A DNA stretch of 64,000 nt from an uncultured Alphaproteobacteria bacterium. Lineage in GTDB: Bacteria > Pseudomonadota > Alphaproteobacteria > CAAHEQ01 > UBA3637. The notes beneath the pieces are model-generated. The model made no database searches and was not told where the DNA came from. It worked only from the letters and a program-made list of their open reading frames with translations. Position numbers and translations under genes: made by a program. How positions within the stretch are numbered: position 1 is the stretch's first letter; each line of letters starts with the position of its first letter. Where the stretch lies: NCBI GenBank assembly GCA_949286465.1, contig CASECI010000029.1:6105-70104 (forward strand), read 5' to 3'. Positions 53,820-61,240 of the stretch are shown in pieces.

Positions 53820-55186
53820 AAGCAATTGTTTGTGGTGCAGGTCAAGTCGGAACAGTCATTACGAAGTATTTATCAGATGAAAAATCAGAAGTTGTTTTAG
53901 TTGATACGGATAGCCGAAAGTTAACTTCTTTGGAAAAAGATTTGGATATACAAACAATTCAAGGGAATGCGGCTAATCCGGCTGTTTTAGAAACGGCGGG
54001 AGCAAAAGGAGCAGATATGCTTATTGCCGTAACGAATAATGATGAAGTTAATATGATTACTTGTTTGGCGGCAGATTCTTTGTTTCATGTGCCGATGAAA
54101 ATGGCAAGACTTCGCTCAGGTTTTTATTTAGATCCAGATTACGAACAACTACAACAAGCTCTTCATATGGATGTTGTGATAGCTCCGGAGCAGGAAATAG
54201 CGAAACGAATAGTTCGTAATTTGAAAGTTCCTGGGGCTCTAGATTATATTACGTTAAACAACAGGAAGATAGTGTTAATCGGGTTATCACTAAATGAAAA
54301 TGCCCCCTTAATAGGAAAGCGAGTAGACGAGATTAAAGATTTATTTTCAGAACAGAGTTTTGCATTATGTCGTGTTCTGCGAGAAGGGAAATCAATACCT
54401 ATAACGGTTGGTCTGACCTTTGAAAAAGGAGATAATGTCTATTTTGTTACGAAATCGAAAGACTTATCTAAAATATTGCCTTTTTTTGGCCAAGAAACAG
54501 AACCGGTTAAAAATGTTATTTTATTTGGCGGAGGTCGAGTTGGTTTAAGAGTTGCTAAGCTTTTGGAAGAAGAGAATATTGCCCAAAATATAACGGTTAT
54601 AGAGAAAGATGAGAGGCGAGCAAATTATTTGGCAAAGCAAATTCCTGAAGTGTTGGTTATAAAAGGGGATGGTTTAGATGATGAAATATTAGAAGAAAGC
54701 CAAATAAGTGAAAAAGATGTTTCTATTGCTTTAACGGGAGAGGATGAAGACAATATTTTATTATCTCTGTTGTCAAAGAGGAAGAATGTCAAGAAGACAT
54801 TTGCATTAATTAATAAATCCATATATAACAACTTGATTTCAGATTTAGGTGTTGATGTTATTATAGATCCGAATGCAATAACGATATCAACGATTATAGC
54901 CCAAATAAGAAAAGGACAAATTAAATCAGTTTACTCTTTGAGTGGAGAAGTTGGTGATTTTATGGAAATAAATGCTTTAGAAACTTCAAAAGTTGTTGGG
55001 GTTCCGTTTGAAAAATTGAAGATACCTCGAGGCGTTCGAATTTGTTCTGTTATTCGAGACGGAGAGTTAATGGCTTTAACTAAAGAATTTGAAATAGAAA
55101 AAGGGGATTCAGTGATTGTTTTTGCGGATAAAGGCTATTCTAAAGAGGTCGACAAGTTATTTTCAGCGGGCTTGTTTTTCTTTTAA
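53816..55186 (+). CDS. trkA: Trk potassium uptake system protein TrkA
   Basis: Two RCK_N Rossmann motifs, 'IVCGAGQVGTVI' and 'LFGGGRVGLRVA', each followed by an RCK_C-like segment. The ATG overlaps the dusB stop. Confidence 0.9.
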   Translation: MKAIVCGAGQVGTVITKYLSDEKSEVVLVDTDSRKLTSLEKDLDIQTIQGNAANPAVLETAGAKGADMLIAVTNNDEVNMITCLAADSLFHVPMKMARLRSGFYLDPDYEQLQQALHMDVVIAPEQEIAKRIVRNLKVPGALDYITLNNRKIVLIGLSLNENAPLIGKRVDEIKDLFSEQSFALCRVLREGKSIPITVGLTFEKGDNVYFVTKSKDLSKILPFFGQETEPVKNVILFGGGRVGLRVAKLLEEENIAQNITVIEKDERRANYLAKQIPEVLVIKGDGLDDEILEESQISEKDVSIALTGEDEDNILLSLLSKRKNVKKTFALINKSIYNNLISDLGVDVIIDPNAITISTIIAQIRKGQIKSVYSLSGEVGDFMEINALETSKVVGVPFEKLKIPRGVRICSVIRDGELMALTKEFEIEKGDSVIVFADKGYSKEVDKLFSAGLFFF

Positions 55187-55226
55187 TTTTATGGTATATG
55201 AGCAAAGATAAAAGCGAAGGAAAAAT

Positions 55227-55445
55227 ATGGAACAAAGAGCACAAGAAATTTTTTTAAATTATTTATATAAGAAACAAGAAGTTGTTACAGTTTTTTTACA
55301 ATGTGGTGTTAAGTTGCAAGGTGTTATTACGGGATTAGATAAGGAAGGTCTTTTATTAAGAAGAGATACACATACACAGTTTGTATATAAACATGCGATA
55401 TCAACGATAATGCCGGTTTCTAGTATTCATGAATTTGAGGAATAA
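55227..55445 (+). CDS. hfq: RNA chaperone Hfq
   Basis: Sm1/Sm2 motifs 'VTVFLQCGVKLQGVITGLD' and 'QFVYKHAISTIMP'. Confidence 0.93.
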   Translation: MEQRAQEIFLNYLYKKQEVVTVFLQCGVKLQGVITGLDKEGLLLRRDTHTQFVYKHAISTIMPVSSIHEFEE

Positions 55446-55453
55446 TAGAATTA

Positions 55454-56737
55454 ATGAACACTTCGGCATATGTGATTTTGCCTTATTTAAAAGAAAAGAC
55501 AGAAATCCGTTCATCTGTTTCTCGGCTTGAAGAAGCAGTTGGGTTGGCTAAAGCAATTAATTTGAAGATAATTGGTCAAGAGGTTATTCCTGTTCGCGAG
55601 ATAAAACCATCTACATATTTAGGACAAGGAGCGATAGAAAGATTATCTTTAACGTTTAAAACGGAAAAAATAGCTGTTGTTATTGTGGATTGTTCATTAA
55701 CGCCGATACAGCAACGGAATTTAGAGCGAGCTTGGGATGTTAAGGTTATTGATAGAACCGCTTTAATTTTAGAAATTTTCGGTGAGCGAGCTCGTACAAA
55801 AGAAGGGGTTCTTCAAGTAGAGTTAGCTCACTTGACATATCAACGGAGTCGATTAGTCCGTTCATGGACTCACCTAGAAAGGCAAAGAGGTGGTGCAGGT
55901 TTCTTAGGGGGTCCAGGAGAAACTCAAATAGAGATAGATAGACGTATTATAGATGATAAAATAGTTCGAATAAAAAAAGAGTTAGAACAAGTAAAGAAGA
56001 CGCGTTTTTTACAAAGAAAAGCTCGGCAAAAAGTTCCTTATCCGATTGTTGCGCTAGTAGGCTATACAAATGCAGGGAAATCAACTTTATTTAATAAATT
56101 AACAAAAGCCAATGTTTATGTTGAAAATTTATTATTTGCAACATTAGATCCGACATTGCGAGAGATTCGTTTGCCGAGTGGTCGTCGTGTTATATTATCA
56201 GATACAGTTGGATTTATATCAGAGTTGCCTCATGAATTAGTCGCAGCTTTTAGAGCGACTTTAGAAGAAGTATTAGAGGCTGATATTGTTTTGCATGTGC
56301 GAGATTGTTCTCACCCAGATACAGAGGCTCAAAAGAAAGACGTAGAGGATGTTTTAAAAGATTTGGGGTTAGTTGAACAGGTAGAACAAGGCTTAGAAGA
56401 AGTTTGGAATAAAATAGATTTATTAAACGAAGAAGAAAGAGAAGCTTTATTGTTAAGTAGTAAAGGAAAGAAGAAAATCTGGCCAATATCAGCATTAACT
56501 GGAGAAGGTTTAGATGCGTTGTTATCACATATTGATGATCTTATGAATAAGTCAGAGAGACTGTTTAAGGTTCGTATACCAATCGATGACGGGAAAGCCT
56601 TGTCAAAGCTTTATGAACGAGGAACGGTTATAGACAGAAAAGAGAATGAAGATTTTATTGAGATAGAAGTTTCTATGCCCGAAAGTGCATTTCATCAAAT
56701 AATGGAAAGTTATCCAAGTTTAGTTTTTCTTCATTAA
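55454..56737 (+). CDS. hflX: GTPase HflX
   Basis: HflX N-domain 'IDRTALILEIFGERARTKEG', G1 'GYTNAGKSTLFN', G3 'DTVGF' and G4 'NKID'. Directly downstream of hfq. Confidence 0.95.
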   Translation: MNTSAYVILPYLKEKTEIRSSVSRLEEAVGLAKAINLKIIGQEVIPVREIKPSTYLGQGAIERLSLTFKTEKIAVVIVDCSLTPIQQRNLERAWDVKVIDRTALILEIFGERARTKEGVLQVELAHLTYQRSRLVRSWTHLERQRGGAGFLGGPGETQIEIDRRIIDDKIVRIKKELEQVKKTRFLQRKARQKVPYPIVALVGYTNAGKSTLFNKLTKANVYVENLLFATLDPTLREIRLPSGRRVILSDTVGFISELPHELVAAFRATLEEVLEADIVLHVRDCSHPDTEAQKKDVEDVLKDLGLVEQVEQGLEEVWNKIDLLNEEEREALLLSSKGKKKIWPISALTGEGLDALLSHIDDLMNKSERLFKVRIPIDDGKALSKLYERGTVIDRKENEDFIEIEVSMPESAFHQIMESYPSLVFLH

Positions 56738-56762
56738 AAGTTGAAAATAATAAAAAAAAGAC

Positions 56763-56791
56763 TTGACGAGAAAAAGAGATTTATGTATATT
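56763..56791 (+). promoter_or_regulatory. sigma70-like promoter of tRNA-Lys
   Basis: TTGACG, 17 nt, TATATT, ending 19 nt before the tRNA 5' end. Confidence 0.55.
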
Positions 56792-56810
56792 CGCTTCATC
56801 TGTAAAGAAT

Positions 56811-56886
56811 GAGTGTGTAGCTCAGTCGGTAGAGCATCTGACTTTTAATCAGAGGGCCCTGGGTTCGAGTCCCAGCACGCTCACCA
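56811..56886 (+). tRNA. tRNA-Lys (anticodon UUU)
   Basis: GAGTGTGTAGCTCAGTCGGTAGAGCATCTGACTTTTAATCAGAGGGCCCTGGGTTCGAGTCCCAGCACGCTCACCA. Acceptor stem GAGTGTG/CACGCTC, anticodon loop CT-TTT-AA and an encoded CCA. Confidence 0.93.
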
Positions 56887-56889
56887 TTT

Positions 56890-56921
56890 AAGTCCTTGTC
56901 TTCCAAGGACTTATTTTTTTT
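56890..56921 (+). terminator. rho-independent terminator after tRNA-Lys
   Basis: Hairpin AAGTCCTTG-tcttc-CAAGGACTT followed by ATTTTTTTT. Confidence 0.8.
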
Positions 56922-56998
56922 GTTTCCAAAATTAAAAAGCTTGACCTTTACCAATAGGGGGGTATATTATTTTTTATGGTGTAAAAGGAAACAAGAAT

Positions 56999-57280
56999 AT
57001 GAAAAAACAAGAAAAAACAAATCATAAAGAAGAAATAACTCGACTAAATAAAATTGCCGGTCAAGTAAATGGGGTTAAGAAAATGATAGAAGAAGGTCGT
57101 TCTTCTCCAGATATCATTATCCAGCTTCAGTCAATTCGAGCTGCTGTTAAGGTTGTGGAATCTCATATTTTGCAGAAATATGTTCAGTATTGTGTTGAAC
57201 AAGTTTTTGAAGAAAATTCGAATAGAGAGCAGAAGATACAAGAGTTAAAGAAATTATTTGATAGACGTCCAGATTTATAA
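56999..57280 (+). CDS. CsoR/RcnR/FrmR-family (DUF156) transcriptional repressor, atypical ligand set
   Basis: 'ITRLNKIAGQVNGVKKMIEEGRSSPDIIIQLQSIRAAV...YVQYCVEQV' gives the typical ~90-aa helical layout. Ser replaces the first conserved Cys. Confidence 0.75.
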   Translation: MKKQEKTNHKEEITRLNKIAGQVNGVKKMIEEGRSSPDIIIQLQSIRAAVKVVESHILQKYVQYCVEQVFEENSNREQKIQELKKLFDRRPDL

Positions 57281-57307
57281 TATTACAAAACGTTAAAGGG
57301 GCCGGAA

Positions 57308-57736
57308 ATGGTATATAAAATAAGTGAAGTTGCTCAGAAATTAGGTATGACAGCTCATACATTGAGATTTTATGATAAAGAAGGATTGCTCTCAGAAGTG
57401 GAAAGAAATAATTCTGGAGTACGAATTTTTACAGACGCAGATATTGAATGGCTATTAATCGTTAATTGCTTAAAAGAAACGGGTCTTTCTTTAAAGGAGA
57501 TTAAACAATATTTAAATTGGTGTAAGGAAGGGAATAAGAGCCTTCAAAAACGATTAGATTTATTTAAACAACAAAAAGTAGCATTAGAACATCAGCTTAA
57601 TCAAATACAACAAAATATGGAAAAAATAAATTATAAGATAGCTTATTATGAGGAAGCAGTTAGGAACGGAAGTATTGATGAAGCAAAGAAAAATAAATGT
57701 TTGCAAGAAGAGAAAAAAAGAGTTTTTAGAATCTAA
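57308..57736 (+). CDS. MerR-family transcriptional regulator
   Basis: wHTH 'YKISEVAQKLGMTAHTLRFYDKEGLL...SGVRIFTDADIEWL' followed by a coiled-coil dimerisation helix. Confidence 0.88.
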   Translation: MVYKISEVAQKLGMTAHTLRFYDKEGLLSEVERNNSGVRIFTDADIEWLLIVNCLKETGLSLKEIKQYLNWCKEGNKSLQKRLDLFKQQKVALEHQLNQIQQNMEKINYKIAYYEEAVRNGSIDEAKKNKCLQEEKKRVFRI

Positions 57737-57745
57737 GCTATTAGA

Positions 57746-58543
57746 ATGGAAAATAAGAAATTTTTTATAGATAAAAATGGAAAGCGTGTTCTTTTTTATC
57801 ATGGGACCGGTGTTTTTTTCAAGAGATTTGAACCTTTATCGCAATTCACAACTCGCAGAGATATTGCTCAGGTTTATCGAGTAAAAGCACATCAATCGTC
57901 AACTTGTTTTTCTTTTGAAGATAATTTTAAAAATATAATACAACCTGTTTTGCAAAAGTTAGAAACTTTAGAACGGGAAAAGTTATTAGGTAAAAACATT
58001 GATGAAGGGTATTTAATTCCCGCTTATTTAAGGATAGAAAAAACGCTTCACTTAAATCACTCAGCTTTTTCTTATTGGTGTGCTTTAGAAGGAATTGTTT
58101 TTTCTGTACTAAAAGAAAAATTTCCAGATATTGGAAATAAGGATAGCCAACCGGCATCTGATTTTATTTTTAGAGATCCAATGAATCGTCCAATTGAATT
58201 AGTTCGAAAGGAATTGCAATTAGAAACCTTGTTTCCTTTAACACATGATGAGAAAAGGGATAGAGTTTCTTTATCTAAACAACGCTTTATCCGTTTTTTG
58301 GAAAGTGCCGGTTATGATTCGATTTCACATGCTTATGCTGGAAGAGCTTATGCTATTTTTCGCCCAGAACAAGTTTATCGATTAGACTTTCCAGAGTTTA
58401 ACCAGACAAAGGTTCAAGTTTCAATAGAAAACAAGATTCAGTTGTGTGAAATACGAAAGGCATACTTACAGACGTATAAACGAAGACATTTAAGTATAGA
58501 AGAATACCTAGCTCGTTTAGAATACTGTCCTGTTCGGGAATAA
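57746..58543 (+). CDS. hypothetical protein (N-terminal 'FYHGT' motif)
   Basis: 265-aa ORF 9 nt after the merR-like stop. No firm domain call; 'RVLFYHGTGVFFKRFEP...FTTRRDIAQVY' is discussed in the findings. Confidence 0.5.
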   Translation: MENKKFFIDKNGKRVLFYHGTGVFFKRFEPLSQFTTRRDIAQVYRVKAHQSSTCFSFEDNFKNIIQPVLQKLETLEREKLLGKNIDEGYLIPAYLRIEKTLHLNHSAFSYWCALEGIVFSVLKEKFPDIGNKDSQPASDFIFRDPMNRPIELVRKELQLETLFPLTHDEKRDRVSLSKQRFIRFLESAGYDSISHAYAGRAYAIFRPEQVYRLDFPEFNQTKVQVSIENKIQLCEIRKAYLQTYKRRHLSIEEYLARLEYCPVRE

Positions 58544-58568
58544 GTAAAGAGTAAAATATGTAGTAATC

Positions 58569-58649
58569 TTATCTCCCTAAAGCAAGGACACACCCTCAAG
58601 TAGTCGTTGCTGGTCGGCTAGAGAATGTGTCCGTGTTTTAGGGAGATAA
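58569..58649. repeat. 81-nt imperfect inverted repeat / long hairpin
   Basis: The 5' arm is TTATCTCCCTAAA-gcaa-GGACACA. The 3' arm is TGTGTCC-gtgt-TTTAGGGAGATAA. They give 13-bp and 7-bp stems separated by a 4x4 internal loop, around a GC-richer 33-nt centre. Confidence 0.7.
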
Positions 58650-58767
58650 TTATTGATAAGTTTATTGATAATCCTGCTCAACAGGTCAATGTACTTATTA
58701 ATATCATGTAAAAAGGCTAGATGATAATTTTTAAACTTATTGTAAGTTATTGAATTATTTAAAAAAT

Positions 58768-58780
58768 GGGGGGGGGGGGG
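58768..58780. repeat. homopolymeric G13 tract
   Basis: Thirteen consecutive G (58768-58780), counted directly, within otherwise very AT-rich non-coding DNA. Confidence 0.9.
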
Positions 58781-59153
58781 TCGAGTTAAAAGTATACATA
58801 ATGAAATAATTCATTTCATTTTTTTTGAAAGTTTTATATACTTTGTTGCGTTTCATTTATAGAATCCATTAATAAATTACAACTAAAGTATATCTAGTTA
58901 ATTGTTAATTTCAAGAAAAAAATAACAAAAAATTTTAGATTTGTTTTAAATTATTGAATAGAAATAAATTAAAAATTTTGGGAGAACTCTTTTTTATGAG
59001 TTGCCTTACAGAAAACATCGAGCTTACTCGGGCCGAAAGCAAAGATGTTGGAACAAAACGTTCACACTGACGAGCGTGGTCAAAGCCGAAGGTTTATAGC
59101 TGATTTAGAATTCCTAGTTTGCGAGGGATATCTGTTATAAATAATAGAATCAA

Positions 59154-60311
59154 TTATTGAGCAGCTTTAATTTTCCGAATCATGAATAATAGGAAGATTA
59201 TTCCAAGTCCCATAATGAAGATAGCACCATTTTGGCTATTTAATAGGTCTGCGGCGATTCCCATAAAGAATGGGAAAACAGTTCCTCCTACAAGACCTGT
59301 AATCATTAAACCAGAGATATCGTTTTTACGATTTGGTTTATGTAGAATTGCTTGAGCGTAGATAATAGAGAAAATATTTGCATTTCCTAATCCAATTAAA
59401 GCAAAACAAGTATATAACAGGAATTTATCAGAAAATAAAAATAGCCCAATGGTAGCTAGAAGCATCATAGCTACACTAAGAGCAAAGAATTTTTGATGAG
59501 AAAACCTAGCTAAGATAAAAGCTCCGATAAAACTTCCAGCTGTTTTAAAAAAGAAGTATATGCTGGTCGCATATCCTGCTGCAGCTAAAGTCATCCCAAC
59601 TTTTTCTGTTAAGATTTTAGGCGCGGTCACATTACTACCGACATCGATGCCAACGTGGCACATAATACCAATAAAACATAATAAAATAAGAGGATCTTTT
59701 AATAAAGAAAAACATTGTTTAAATGAAGAAGGTTTTCCAGAAACGCTTTCTTTAATTTTATCTTTTGCCATCGCAAAGAAGGCAATGACACCTTCTAACA
59801 TAAAAAGGGGATAAATTAATTTCCAATCGCCTACTTTTACAACAGCCCATGCGGCAAGGATGGGGGCGAGAAAAGAAGCAATTGTTTTAATAAATTGCCC
59901 AAATGTTAAAGCACTAGATAATTTACTTCCATGAATGATATTAGATAAAAGGGGGTTTAAAGAGACCTGCATCAATGTATTTCCAATACCTAATAAGGCA
60001 AATGAAAATAACATTAAAGGTAGATTATAATCAATTAATGGAATAATCATAGCTACTATAGTAATGGCTAAACTGAGAAGAACAGTTTTTCTTCTACCGA
60101 TTTTATCCATTAACATTCCGGTCGGAATGGATAAGATAAAGAACCAGAAAAAGACCATCGATGGGAATAAATTAGCCAAAGAATCAGATAAGCCGAAGTC
60201 AGCTTTAACATAATTAGATGCAATTCCTACTAGGTCAACAAAACCCATGGCAAAGAATGTGAGCATAATCGGAATAAGTCTTATGAAAATTTTTTGATTA
60301 TTTTTCGTCAT
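59154..60311 (-). CDS. MFS sugar transporter (FucP/glucose-galactose transporter-like)
   Basis: About 12 TM helices, 'GFVDLVGIASNYVKADFGLS' and loop motif 'MDKIGRRKT'. SD AAGGA upstream. Confidence 0.8.
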   Translation of the reverse strand: MTKNNQKIFIRLIPIMLTFFAMGFVDLVGIASNYVKADFGLSDSLANLFPSMVFFWFFILSIPTGMLMDKIGRRKTVLLSLAITIVAMIIPLIDYNLPLMLFSFALLGIGNTLMQVSLNPLLSNIIHGSKLSSALTFGQFIKTIASFLAPILAAWAVVKVGDWKLIYPLFMLEGVIAFFAMAKDKIKESVSGKPSSFKQCFSLLKDPLILLCFIGIMCHVGIDVGSNVTAPKILTEKVGMTLAAAGYATSIYFFFKTAGSFIGAFILARFSHQKFFALSVAMMLLATIGLFLFSDKFLLYTCFALIGLGNANIFSIIYAQAILHKPNRKNDISGLMITGLVGGTVFPFFMGIAADLLNSQNGAIFIMGLGIIFLLFMIRKIKAAQ

Positions 60312-61173
60312 TTTTTAGTTCCTTATAAGATGGCCAAGCACCAGCTTTTGTACAAACAAAAGCAGAAACGTCGACTGCTGTTTTATGAGCTTCTCGGAGA
60401 GATTTTCCAGAAAGGATAGAATAAACAAAAGCTCCAGAAAAAGCATCCCCAGCTCCGACAGTATCAACTGTTTGAACATGAGGCGTTTCCATAAAAGATT
60501 TTTCTGTTGGGGTGTAAATAACGCTATATTTCTCTCCTGCTGTAAAAATCAAATGAGTTAAATGATATTTCTTTAAAAGAGCAAGACATACTTCATCATC
60601 TGTTCCTTTAAGATTAAACATTTTCTTGATTATTTTTATTTCATCATCATTGAATTTAAAAATTGTTGCAAATTGTAAAAGTTGCTCGATAAGTTTTTTG
60701 GAGTAATATTTACCTCTTAAATTGATGTCAAAAAAGCGAATTGAATTTGGATTGCTCTCTGATAATAAGGTTAAAATGGTTGCTCTTGAATCAGGATGAC
60801 GTAAAGCCAACGTACCATAACAGACAGCATCAGCATTTTTGATGATTTTTAAAGCTTCTGGTAATAAGGGGATATGGTCCCAAGCAACATTTTCAACTAT
60901 CGTGTAGGTTGGAATTCCTTTATTTAAGGAAACGGGGACAGTTCCCGTAGGAAAATTAACAGTAGATAAAAGATATTTAATATGACTTTTATCTAACTCT
61001 TGAATGATCTCTATTCCGAGTTGATCATTTCCAACCGCACTTATTGCATATCCGTTAGCGCCTAATTGAGTTGCATGATAAATAAAGTTAATTGGAGCCC
61101 CTCCGGCTCTTTTGCCAGAAGGTAACATATCCCACAATAATTCACCGATGCCAACGATTGTTATTTTTTTCAT
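60298..61173 (-). CDS. PfkB-family carbohydrate kinase (fructokinase-like)
   Basis: 'VGIGELLWDMLPSGKRAGGAPINF' and 'DTVGAGDAFSGAF'. The 3' end overlaps the MFS start by 14 nt. Confidence 0.85.
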   Translation of the reverse strand: MKKITIVGIGELLWDMLPSGKRAGGAPINFIYHATQLGANGYAISAVGNDQLGIEIIQELDKSHIKYLLSTVNFPTGTVPVSLNKGIPTYTIVENVAWDHIPLLPEALKIIKNADAVCYGTLALRHPDSRATILTLLSESNPNSIRFFDINLRGKYYSKKLIEQLLQFATIFKFNDDEIKIIKKMFNLKGTDDEVCLALLKKYHLTHLIFTAGEKYSVIYTPTEKSFMETPHVQTVDTVGAGDAFSGAFVYSILSGKSLREAHKTAVDVSAFVCTKAGAWPSYKELKNDEK

Positions 61174-61240
61174 TTTCTCCCCATAAAATTAAGATATCAA
61201 TCCTTATCTAGAAAAGCAAGAGCAAAGGCATAAAACTTTT

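Noticed and set aside
58569-58649. The long inverted repeat read as an integron attC site or an IS200/IS605-type end.
   Set aside because: There are no R'/R'' core sites (GTTRRRY/RYYYAAC). No integrase, TnpA/TnpB or second copy is seen in the window.
58777-58787. 'GGGGTCGAGT' next to the G-tract resembles the tRNA-Lys T-arm 'GGGTTCGAGT' (56861-56870), which might suggest an att-site remnant.
   Set aside because: Only about 9 of 10 nt match, and the match does not extend into the tRNA 3' acceptor sequence. That is too short to distinguish from chance without genome-wide statistics.
59067-59074. 'CTGACGAG' resembling the hammerhead ribozyme CUGANGA core.
   Set aside because: The flanking sequence does not form stems I-III, and the downstream element reads GAAG rather than GAAA in the proper register. 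I take this to be a chance match.
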